Shown here piece after piece: positions 24,065 to 31,975 of a DNA stretch of 64,000 bases. The stretch comes from an uncultured virus (IMG/VR IMGVR_UViG_3300034062_000507) (lineage: Duplodnaviria; Heunggongvirae; Uroviricota; Caudoviricetes). The translations under genes and the position numbers were made by a program. How positions within the stretch are numbered: position 1 is the first letter of the stretch; every line of letters starts with the position of its first letter. Where the stretch lies: IMG/VR virus record IMGVR_UViG_3300034062_000507. One strand, given 5' to 3'. Below the pieces are notes generated by a model. The model worked only from the letters and a program-made list of their open reading frames with translations, made no database searches and was not told the origin of the DNA.

Positions 24065-25913
24065 CTTTGAGACCTACTACGACAGCAAGCTCAAACTCGG
24101 CTTCAAGCATCAGACCACTGAGGAATACATACGTGACAAGCGCTTTGAAGTTGTCGGTGTGGGCGTGAAGGTTGACGATGGTGAGACTGTCTGGGTGTCG
24201 GGTGGCAAGGACAAGATCAAAGAGTTCCTAACGTCATTCGACTGGGACACTAGCGCGCTTCTGTGCCACAACACGCTCTTCGATGGAGCAATTCTTAGCT
24301 GGCTCTACGGCGTCACGCCCGCGTTCATGTTCGACACTCTGTGCATGGCGAGAGCTATTCATGGCGTTGAGGCAGGTGGCTCACTCAAGGCGCTGGCTGA
24401 ACGGTACGAGATCGGCGTCAAGGGCGAGGAAGTGATCGCCGCTGAAGGCAAGGCCCGGCTCGACTTCACCAAAGAAGAGTTGGCACGATACGGCGAGTAC
24501 TGCAAGAACGATGTAGACCTCACCCTCAGGCTCTTCAAGATATTGTCGAGCGCGTTCCCTGAGAACGAGATGAAGCTGATCGACATGACCCTGCGGATGT
24601 TCACGCACCCCGTGTTCCTTGTGGACGATGCGCTACTGCAAGAGCGCTACGACGAACTCAAGGAGGAAAAGGAGCAACTTCTTGAGGGCTTGATGGAGAA
24701 ACTAAAATGCGAGACCACTGAGGCTGTGCGTAAACGCCTAGCCAGTAATAAACAGTTTGCTGAAGTTTTAGTCGAGCGCGGGGTTGAGGCCCCGATGAAA
24801 AAGAGCAAGACAACAGGCAAGCAGACCTATGCCTTGGCGAAGAACGACGAAGGCTTTTTGAAACTACTTGAACATGATGACCCAACCATCCAGCAACTAT
24901 GCGCTGTGCGACTCGGCACAAAGTCCACCATCGAAGAATCACGAATTGAGAGATTCATTGACGTTGGTAAGCGCAACAAAGGCCGCCTACCTATCCCACT
25001 CAAATACTACGGAGCGCATACGGGGCGTTGGGCGGGAAGTGATAAGGTTAACTTCCAGAATCTACCAAGTAGAGACAAGAAAAAGAAAGCCCTCAAGAAC
25101 GCAGTCGTAGCGCCCGACGACCACATCGTCATCAACTGTGACTCATCTCAGATCGAGGCTCGTGTGCTCGTCTGGCTCGCTGGACAGGATGACGTGGTTG
25201 AGCAGTTTCGCAACGGAGAGGATGTCTACTCGCTGTTCGCATCCAAGATATACGACCGCCCCATCAGCAAGGCCAACCCCGTTGAACGCTTCGTGGGCAA
25301 GACCTGCATCTTGGGTCTGGGCTACGGGACTGGGGCGTTAAAGCTCCAGCACACGCTCAAGACTCAACCTCCGGGCGCAGTCGTCACTGAGGAGGAGGCC
25401 AAGAGTTATGTTGACACATACCGCACCGCCAACGACAAGGTGATTCAGCTTTGGCGTGACGGTGACAAGGTGATCAAGGACTTAGCCAACTGGGAGGGCA
25501 AGCCTTATTACTACGGCAAACACAAGTGCTTGAAGATCACTAAGGACGGGGTTGGCCTGCCTAATGGTCTTTCTATCCGATACCCAGACCTAAAGTTAGA
25601 CACGTCTGAGTCTAAGAGCCAGTACGTCTACAAGTCTCGCAAAGGCCCAGTGTCACTGTGGGGTGGGTCGCTAGTTGAGAACGTGGTTCAGGCCTTGGCG
25701 CGAATCATCGTGGGGGAGCAGATGATCGAGATCAACAAGCGGTATCGCGTTGCGCTGACGGTGCATGACGCCGCAGTGATCGTGGTTCCTGAGGCGGAGA
25801 AGGATGCGGCTATGGCGTACATCATTGAGTGCATGTCTACGCCACCCGAATGGGCTAGGGGTTTACCCGTGACTTGCGAAGCCAAGTACGCACAGACCTA
25901 CGGCGAATGCTAG
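24045..25913 (+). CDS. DNA polymerase family A with 3'-5' exonuclease domain
   Basis: ExoI IDFETY, ExoII HNTLFD, ExoIII YCKND, HTGRW, motif A DSSQIEAR, motif B R..GKTCILGLGYG, motif C VHD. Confidence 0.95.
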   Translation: MSLITIDFETYYDSKLKLGFKHQTTEEYIRDKRFEVVGVGVKVDDGETVWVSGGKDKIKEFLTSFDWDTSALLCHNTLFDGAILSWLYGVTPAFMFDTLCMARAIHGVEAGGSLKALAERYEIGVKGEEVIAAEGKARLDFTKEELARYGEYCKNDVDLTLRLFKILSSAFPENEMKLIDMTLRMFTHPVFLVDDALLQERYDELKEEKEQLLEGLMEKLKCETTEAVRKRLASNKQFAEVLVERGVEAPMKKSKTTGKQTYALAKNDEGFLKLLEHDDPTIQQLCAVRLGTKSTIEESRIERFIDVGKRNKGRLPIPLKYYGAHTGRWAGSDKVNFQNLPSRDKKKKALKNAVVAPDDHIVINCDSSQIEARVLVWLAGQDDVVEQFRNGEDVYSLFASKIYDRPISKANPVERFVGKTCILGLGYGTGALKLQHTLKTQPPGAVVTEEEAKSYVDTYRTANDKVIQLWRDGDKVIKDLANWEGKPYYYGKHKCLKITKDGVGLPNGLSIRYPDLKLDTSESKSQYVYKSRKGPVSLWGGSLVENVVQALARIIVGEQMIEINKRYRVALTVHDAAVIVVPEAEKDAAMAYIIECMSTPPEWARGLPVTCEAKYAQTYGEC

Positions 25914-25954
25914 AATAAGTCAAATTAAAAAATACTTAACTTTGTGAGGATCAA

Positions 25955-26065
25955 ATGAAACTAAAAACAATCCTGATCGGCGGGGTTGTGGCCTCCGCTA
26001 TGGTGTCCATCGCCATCCTGTGGGGTGTGTGGACGGGTATCTTTTATTTGATGGGGAACACATGA
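25955..26065 (+). CDS. 36-aa membrane microprotein (not in ORF track)
   Basis: MKLKTILIGGVVASAMVSIAILWGVWTGIFYLMGNT; GAGG RBS; ATGA overlap with the next gene. Confidence 0.55.
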   Translation: MKLKTILIGGVVASAMVSIAILWGVWTGIFYLMGNT

Positions 26066-26574
26066 AAGCACAGCCAACAACCAAAGAACTGATCGCAATG
26101 CTGTACGAGCGATTGCCTGAATTGTTTGACCGAGCCGAAGCACAGCCAGCGCCTGTGCAGCCTGTGGCGTGGGTCCCCGTAACTGAGACATTGCTGCACG
26201 AACAGCACGCTTGGCTTTACGAGACAATGTGGATTGCCATGAAAGATGGCCGAGTGTTGAAGGGCCGCTATGAGTGGAGGCAGGGCCGCAAACCTGATCG
26301 TTTTTATTCCGATGGTGCTGGCGATGAATGGGCTTATGCCGCATCTCATGTCATGCCGCTGCAAGCACCCGCGCACCCAAGCACCACCCCACCCGCAGCA
26401 CAACCAGCACCTGCGCCAATGGCGCACATCGTGGGTGAGATTGACCACAATGGCAAAGTGTGGACACCCGCAGCAGTCCCTGATGCGTTTGGAACGCGAG
26501 AGGGTGAGCATCCCCAATACATCCAAGGCTGGAACGACTGCCGCGCAGAAACTTTAAAGATGAGGAAGCCATGA
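26062..26574 (+). CDS. Mosaic hypothetical protein (Ea/DUF551-like segments)
   Basis: AQPAPVQPVAW, YSTTPP-like linker and GWNDCRA segments typical of modular phage accessory proteins. Confidence 0.6.
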   Translation: MKAQPTTKELIAMLYERLPELFDRAEAQPAPVQPVAWVPVTETLLHEQHAWLYETMWIAMKDGRVLKGRYEWRQGRKPDRFYSDGAGDEWAYAASHVMPLQAPAHPSTTPPAAQPAPAPMAHIVGEIDHNGKVWTPAAVPDAFGTREGEHPQYIQGWNDCRAETLKMRKP

Positions 26575-26828
26575 CCGAACGACTGATTGAAAAACTTGAC
26601 CGACTTGGTGTCGAGGCTGGGATCAAAGAAATGACGCCTGAGATACGGCGCTTTGCTTTGCTTGTACGGCAGGATGTGGTGGCCGGGTGGCCTAAACGTG
26701 AGTGGGTTGGGCTTACGGATGAGGAGGTTAAACACATTGAGGAAACAACCACATGTCTAAAAGACGAATCATGGTTACGCAACCTTACCCGCAACCTTGA
26801 AGCCAAACTGAAAGAGAAAAACACATGA
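26571..26828 (+). CDS. Hypothetical protein
   Basis: WVGLTDEE...EAKLKEKN pattern; ATGA overlaps. Confidence 0.65.
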   Translation: MTERLIEKLDRLGVEAGIKEMTPEIRRFALLVRQDVVAGWPKREWVGLTDEEVKHIEETTTCLKDESWLRNLTRNLEAKLKEKNT

Positions 26829-26977
26829 CAAAAGAAGAAGCCATTGCAGCCATCAAGCTGCTGTCCGCAATGGAGTCGTGGAGCTTCAGCCTAAAACAAA
26901 CCATACCCGACTACCTGCACGAAGACCTGCAAAGGTCAATGGAAGTGCTGGAGCGCATCATTTTGGAGAAGCAGTGA
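26825..26977 (+). CDS. 50-aa hypothetical protein (not in ORF track)
   Basis: MTKEEAIAAIKLLSAMESW...; ATGA and GTGA overlaps. Confidence 0.55.
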   Translation: MTKEEAIAAIKLLSAMESWSFSLKQTIPDYLHEDLQRSMEVLERIILEKQ

Positions 26978-27363
26978 CCACCACCAACACAGGGCCGCAT
27001 GTCATCAAGGCGCTGGAGGCGCTCAATGAGTTTAAACGCCTAACTGCACAAGAGTTTGCCGACTACGCAGACATTCAGCGGTATAACGCCCATGCGGTTT
27101 TGAACCGAATGAACAGGCGCACGGTGGCCGGAGACAAGCGCATCCATATTGCTGACTGGGTGTACTCACACGACGATGCAAGGCGCTACCCAAGACCAGT
27201 GTTCATGCTTGGTGACTCCCCCGATAAACCAAAGCCTAAGCCCAATCTGCGCGAGAACCGAAGGCGCAGTGAGACTAACCGCAACACCCAATTTAGGATG
27301 AACAGTGTGTTCAACATGGCGATGCCACGCGATAAGATTAGAGAAATAAGGAGATCACTATGA
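26974..27363 (+). CDS. Putative winged-HTH protein
   Basis: GTG start with GGAG RBS; LTAQEFADYA...AHAVLNRM helix-turn-helix-like segment. Confidence 0.55.
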   Translation: MTTTNTGPHVIKALEALNEFKRLTAQEFADYADIQRYNAHAVLNRMNRRTVAGDKRIHIADWVYSHDDARRYPRPVFMLGDSPDKPKPKPNLRENRRRSETNRNTQFRMNSVFNMAMPRDKIREIRRSL

Positions 27364-27548
27364 GAGAAGCCGACGACGACATTCAGGACTACGTTGATAC
27401 CGCGAAGGAACGGATGTTCGCCGCTACGTTCCAGCAGGTTGTTCGCAACAATACGCTAGAGGAAGTTGCCCGAGAGTTCGATAAGATGAAGTCGCTTGGC
27501 GACACCGCCGCATCCTTTGCGGTATACGTTAGGAATATGAAAAAATGA
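27360..27548 (+). CDS. Hypothetical protein
   Basis: 62 aa, TAAGGAG RBS. Confidence 0.6.
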   Translation: MREADDDIQDYVDTAKERMFAATFQQVVRNNTLEEVAREFDKMKSLGDTAASFAVYVRNMKK

Positions 27549-28198
27549 ACTTCACTTGGTCTTTCTCGTCCCTCAAGGACTACATTAATTGCCCAAAGCA
27601 GTATCAAGAAATCAAGGTGTTGAAGCGCTTCCACAAGAAGCCAACGCCGCAGATGACATACGGCAATGAGGTACACAAAGCCTGCGAGGATTACGTCGGG
27701 GAAGGCAAGCCTCTCGCTAAGAACTATCAACAGTTCAAGCCTGTGCTTGATACGCTCATGGAGATTGAGGGAACTCGACACCCCGAGCAGAAGATGGCGC
27801 TTGATGCTGACGGTAACGCATGTGAGTACGGCAAAGGCTACTGGGTGCGGGGCATCGTAGACTTGATGATCATTGACGGAGACACAGCGTATATCGTTGA
27901 CTACAAAACTGGGAGCAACAAGTACCCTGAGCCAAAACAGTTAAAGCTGATGGCGCTCATGGCGTTTGCCCACTACCCGCAGATCAACCGAATCAAAGCG
28001 GGGCTGCTCTTCGTGGTACACAACAGTTTCATGGACGAAGAGTATTCTAGGGAAGACGTGCCAAAACTTTGGGATGCATTCTGCCCTGACTTGAACCGCC
28101 TTGACGCATCGTATATAAACGATGTTTGGAACCCCAATCCAACCCCCCTTTGCGGCTGGTGTCCTGTGACCACCTGCCCACATCACAAGGAAAGATAA
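27545..28198 (+). CDS. PD-(D/E)XK exonuclease (RecB/Cas4-like)
   Basis: WSFSS...CPKQY, GNEVH, RGIVD, IVDYKTG, QL, and C-terminal CGWC....C. Confidence 0.9.
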   Translation: MNFTWSFSSLKDYINCPKQYQEIKVLKRFHKKPTPQMTYGNEVHKACEDYVGEGKPLAKNYQQFKPVLDTLMEIEGTRHPEQKMALDADGNACEYGKGYWVRGIVDLMIIDGDTAYIVDYKTGSNKYPEPKQLKLMALMAFAHYPQINRIKAGLLFVVHNSFMDEEYSREDVPKLWDAFCPDLNRLDASYINDVWNPNPTPLCGWCPVTTCPHHKER

Positions 28199-28509
28199 TG
28201 GCCTATGTCAACAAACCCCGCCCATACGATAAAGAGTATGAGCAGCAGAAAGCTCGTGGTGAACATGAGCGCCGCATGGAGCGCCAGCGTGGACGCCGCG
28301 CCATCGACAAGACAGGCACTGATACCAACGGTAACGGCAAAGCTGACAAGCGTGAAGGCAAAGACGTGTCGCACGTTAAAGCCCTAGACAAGGGTGGCCT
28401 AAACAAAGACGGCCTGCGCATTCAAAGCGCGGCAAAGAATCGTTCGTTCAAGCGTGACTCCAAAGGAAACTTGGTGTCAGAGACTAGCAAGAAAGAACGC
28501 AAGAAGTAA
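28198..28509 (+). CDS. HNH-like nuclease domain protein
   Basis: KDVSH.KAL.KGG.N........NRS; TAATG coupling. Confidence 0.65.
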   Translation: MAYVNKPRPYDKEYEQQKARGEHERRMERQRGRRAIDKTGTDTNGNGKADKREGKDVSHVKALDKGGLNKDGLRIQSAAKNRSFKRDSKGNLVSETSKKERKK

Positions 28510-28513
28510 TCTC

Positions 28514-28667
28514 TACTGTTAGGCATGAGTGAGTAGGTCGGGGGGTGGTTTTTCTTGCAGTTGCCTGCCCCTTTTTAACCGTGTCAGCTTAGCGGCGTTT
28601 CCTCTCCCTTTCAACGCGACAGGCTGAGCCGACTGGCCCCCGTAAGGGGCCATGTTTTAACATAGTA
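28514..28667 (+). ncRNA. Candidate multi-stem structured RNA in the helicase leader
   Basis: Nested stems visible: GTCGG/CCGAC, GGGGTGG/CTGCCCC, TCAGCTT/AGGCTGA, GGCCCC/GGGGCC around GTAA. Confidence 0.45.
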
Positions 28668-28676
28668 AGGAACAGT

Positions 28677-30233
28677 ATGAATGTAGTACAGGACACAGTT
28701 GTCCACATGACGATTCCGTCCAGCGATTTGCAATTTCTCGTTGGGCACATAGACCGATGCGAGGTGCTCAAGGACGATGGCACAAACGCAGAGGTAGCGG
28801 TGTACTGGGGCGTGCCCGAGATGCAACGCCTTGTACGCATCTATGGAGATGCTCCTAGCCCAATGCTCAAAGAGTACGACTGGCCCGGCATGTACGATCC
28901 GTTCGCTCACCAAAAAGTTACAGCATCGTTCCTCGCCCTGCGAGACCGCTGTTTCTGTTTCAACGAAGCTGGCACAGGCAAAACCTCCTCGGTCATCTGG
29001 GCGGCAGACTACCTTATGCGGCTGAAGATGGTCAAACGGGTGCTGGTCATCTGCCCCTTGTCCATTATGTACTCAGCATGGCAAGCGGACATCTTCAAAA
29101 CCGCCATGCACAGGACGGTTGGCGTGGCCTACGGGGACGCATCCAAGCGCAAGAAGATCATCAACGCAGAGTACGAGTTCGTCATCGTTAACTTTGATGG
29201 CGTGGGTATTATCCAAGACGAGATCAGCAAAGCAGGATTTGATTTGATCGTGGTCGACGAGGCCAACGCATACAAGACAGTGTCGACGAAGCGCTGGAAG
29301 ACCTTGGCTAAACTGATCACCCCCTCGACCCGTCTCTGGATGATGACAGGCACTCCCGCCTCACAGTCCCCACTCGATGCGTTCGGCCTCGCAAAGCTGG
29401 TCAACCCCGCTGGTGTGCCCAAGTACTTCACGGCTTGGCGTGATCGCGTGATGCAGCCTATTACCCAATTCAAGTGGGTCCCCCGCGCTATTGCGCAGCA
29501 AGAAGTGTTTAACGCTTTGCAGCCAGCGATTCGTTTTGAGAAGGCCGACTGCCTTGACCTGCCTGAGTTGATGTACCAGACCCGCGAGGTGCCACTGACT
29601 CCCCAGGTAAATAGGTACTACCGTGAATTAAAAAGCCAACTGCTGATAGAGGCAGCTGGCGAACAGATCAGCGCTGTCAATGCGGCGGCAAAGCTGAGCA
29701 AGTTGTTGCAGTTGTCGGGTGGAGCAGTCTACACCGATGACAAGGAGGTGGTGGAGTTTGACGTGTCACCACGCCTGAATGCGCTGATGGAGGTACTGGA
29801 CGAGACACAGCACAAGGTAGTCGTGTTTGTTCCGTTCAGGCACACCATCGAGCTGGTAGCACGTCACTTAAATGCACAAGGAGTAGCCAATGAAATAATT
29901 AATGGAGACGTACCCGCTAGGGAGCGGTCTGAAATCATCAATCGTTTTCAAACACAAACCGATCCACGAGTTCTAGTCATTCAACCGCAAGCCGCATCGC
30001 ATGGCGTTACGCTGACCGCCGCAGACACGGTTGTGTTCTGGTCTCCCGTTATGAGCGTCGAGACATACCTGCAATGCGTGGCGCGTATTGACCGAGTCGG
30101 GCAGAAGAACAGCATGACAGTTGTTCACCTGCAAGGCTCAGAGGTTGAGCGCAAGGTCTATCAGATGTTGCAAGGCAAGGTTGATACCCACGAAAGACTG
30201 GTCGATCTGTACAAAGAGGAGTTAGGGATATGA
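28677..30233 (+). CDS. SNF2-family (SF2) DNA helicase
   Basis: AGTGKT, VVDEA, TGTP, HGVTL and Q..ARIDRVGQ motifs. Confidence 0.9.
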   Translation: MNVVQDTVVHMTIPSSDLQFLVGHIDRCEVLKDDGTNAEVAVYWGVPEMQRLVRIYGDAPSPMLKEYDWPGMYDPFAHQKVTASFLALRDRCFCFNEAGTGKTSSVIWAADYLMRLKMVKRVLVICPLSIMYSAWQADIFKTAMHRTVGVAYGDASKRKKIINAEYEFVIVNFDGVGIIQDEISKAGFDLIVVDEANAYKTVSTKRWKTLAKLITPSTRLWMMTGTPASQSPLDAFGLAKLVNPAGVPKYFTAWRDRVMQPITQFKWVPRAIAQQEVFNALQPAIRFEKADCLDLPELMYQTREVPLTPQVNRYYRELKSQLLIEAAGEQISAVNAAAKLSKLLQLSGGAVYTDDKEVVEFDVSPRLNALMEVLDETQHKVVVFVPFRHTIELVARHLNAQGVANEIINGDVPARERSEIINRFQTQTDPRVLVIQPQAASHGVTLTAADTVVFWSPVMSVETYLQCVARIDRVGQKNSMTVVHLQGSEVERKVYQMLQGKVDTHERLVDLYKEELGI

Positions 30234-30640
30234 GTGAAACTACTGAGTTGAATCTCGAAGAATTGGTCAAGATTTACTTGACAATACGAACTGAGCGTGA
30301 GAAACTCAAGGCTAGTTGGGAAGTGAAAGACGGTGAGCTAGAGCAGGAGATGAGACTGCTTGAGCAATCCATGCTGACAGTCTGCAACGATACCAACGCA
30401 AGCAGTATTCGTACCGAGAGCGGTACGGTGATTCGGTCTCTCAAGGAGCGATTCACTACGAATGACTGGGACAACTTCAAGAAGTTTGTTCTGGACCACG
30501 AGGCGATTGACTTGCTGGAGCGTCGTATCCATCAGGGCAATTTCAAGGAGTTCATGGCTGAGCACAAAGACGAAGGTCTGCCGCCCGGCGTGAATGTGAT
30601 GAGGGAGTTCACGATTGTCGTGCGCAAACCCTCCAATTAA
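30230..30640 (+). CDS. Conserved phage replication-module protein
   Basis: 136 aa, coiled-coil N-terminus, DW..F..F...LLERRI...LPPGVN pattern. Confidence 0.7.
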   Translation: MSETTELNLEELVKIYLTIRTEREKLKASWEVKDGELEQEMRLLEQSMLTVCNDTNASSIRTESGTVIRSLKERFTTNDWDNFKKFVLDHEAIDLLERRIHQGNFKEFMAEHKDEGLPPGVNVMREFTIVVRKPSN

Positions 30641-30666
30641 GTTCAATCTAGTAACAGGAAAATATC

Positions 30667-31521
30667 ATGAGTAACGATCTCGCAACAATGTTCAGCGGCG
30701 CAGTAACCCCTATCGAGGGCTTGGATGACGACACCCTTGCCGTAGCAGGCGGTGCGCGTTCCAACAAACGCATCTCTATCAAAGGCGGCGTGTTCCGCAA
30801 GTATTCTGGCGGCAAAGAAATCGGCGCAATCGAAGACCGTCACATGAACGTGATCTTCGTCAAGATGGCCCACAAAGCCTCGCGTATGTTCTACGACGCA
30901 ACGTACCAAGAAGGCCAGAAGGTCAGCCCAGTGTGCTGGTCTACTGACTCTGAGAAGCCTGACGCAGATGTCAAGACTCCCTGCGCTTCCACCTGCCTCG
31001 ACTGCCCCAAGTCCGTCAAGGGTTCGGGTCAAGGCGGTACAGGTACAGCTTGCCGCTTGTCGTGGCGCACAGCCGTGGTGTTGCCTAACGATCCATCGGG
31101 CGATGTGATGCAGTTGGTGCTCCCTGCAACCTCTGCGTTTGGCAAGGAAGACAATGGTCGGTATCCGTTCCGCCCGTACATCCAGCACTTGGCGTCGCAC
31201 AACGTGAGCGCTGGCCGCGTCATCACACGCATGGCCTTCGACACAAAATCTCCTACGCCAAAGGTTGTATTCTCTCCAGCCGGCAAGGTTCCTGATGAGG
31301 ATTTGCAGATCATTGCAAACCAAGCCAAGAGTCCCGCCGCTGAAGCCGCCATCAAGATGAACGTGTATCAAGGCGATACCGCAGGTGAAGTTGAAGTGCC
31401 TAGCCACCGCAACGAAGTAGCCGAAGACGAAGCTCCACCCGTCAAGGTTGAGTCCAAGAAAGCCGCCACAACCGAAGAGAAAGACATCTCGGACGTGGTA
31501 AAAAAGTGGTCTAAGAAATAA
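30667..31521 (+). CDS. Putative single-stranded DNA-binding / annealing protein
   Basis: 284 aa, beta-rich with Cys cluster and acidic flexible tail; located between helicase and primase. Confidence 0.5.
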   Translation: MSNDLATMFSGAVTPIEGLDDDTLAVAGGARSNKRISIKGGVFRKYSGGKEIGAIEDRHMNVIFVKMAHKASRMFYDATYQEGQKVSPVCWSTDSEKPDADVKTPCASTCLDCPKSVKGSGQGGTGTACRLSWRTAVVLPNDPSGDVMQLVLPATSAFGKEDNGRYPFRPYIQHLASHNVSAGRVITRMAFDTKSPTPKVVFSPAGKVPDEDLQIIANQAKSPAAEAAIKMNVYQGDTAGEVEVPSHRNEVAEDEAPPVKVESKKAATTEEKDISDVVKKWSKK

Positions 31522-31530
31522 GGAACAGGA

Positions 31531-31845
31531 ATGTCACGGACATACAGCGAAGCTTTTTTGATTGAGTTGCACAAGGCCAACCCCCACAGGGCTGGCATTG
31601 CGTTGGCGCTCGCTTGCGTGAAGGCAAACCTCCCTGCAAAGTATGTAGCCAATGCGCTGGAAGTAACTCGCATGACGGTCTTTAGTTGGTTCCGTGGCAA
31701 ACCTCTGCGCCACAACAATCTGATTAAGGTTGAGACACTGACTGACCTGATTGAGAGCGATACCGCCAAGGGCATCCTTCCAGCGAAGGGCAATGCGGCG
31801 GCTAAAGCGTACCTTGAAGAAATGGTCGGGAGGAAATTTGACTGA
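31531..31845 (+). CDS. Cro/XRE-like HTH protein
   Basis: AKYVANALEVTRMTVFSWFRG helix-turn-helix. Confidence 0.75.
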   Translation: MSRTYSEAFLIELHKANPHRAGIALALACVKANLPAKYVANALEVTRMTVFSWFRGKPLRHNNLIKVETLTDLIESDTAKGILPAKGNAAAKAYLEEMVGRKFD

Positions 31846-31854
31846 ATAAAGTTC

Positions 31855-31926
31855 GGGGGAAAGCGGATGCTGTGCCCTGCCTAGTTTCGCTAGGAATGCA
31901 GCAAGCACAGACGCAGCGAGTACCCC
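31855..31926 (+). ncRNA. Candidate structured RNA hairpin with loop-E-like motif
   Basis: GGGG/CCCC, GAAA/GAGUA internal loop, CUGUGC/GCACAG, CCUAG-UUUCG-CUAGG. Confidence 0.55.
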
Positions 31927-31937
31927 ACCCATTCACC

Positions 31938-31960
31938 GAGCGGCCTTGCGCCGCTCTTTT
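31938..31960 (+). terminator. Terminator-like hairpin upstream of the primase gene
   Basis: GAGCGGC-CTTGC-GCCGCTC-TTTT. Confidence 0.65.
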
Positions 31961-31975
31961 CAACTCTGGCGAGAC

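Noticed and set aside
27545..28198. Cas4 as part of a CRISPR system
   Set aside because: Stand-alone PD-(D/E)XK exonuclease in a replication module; no cas1/cas2 or array.
30643..31407. 254-aa minus-strand ORF
   Set aside because: Antisense shadow of 30667..31521.
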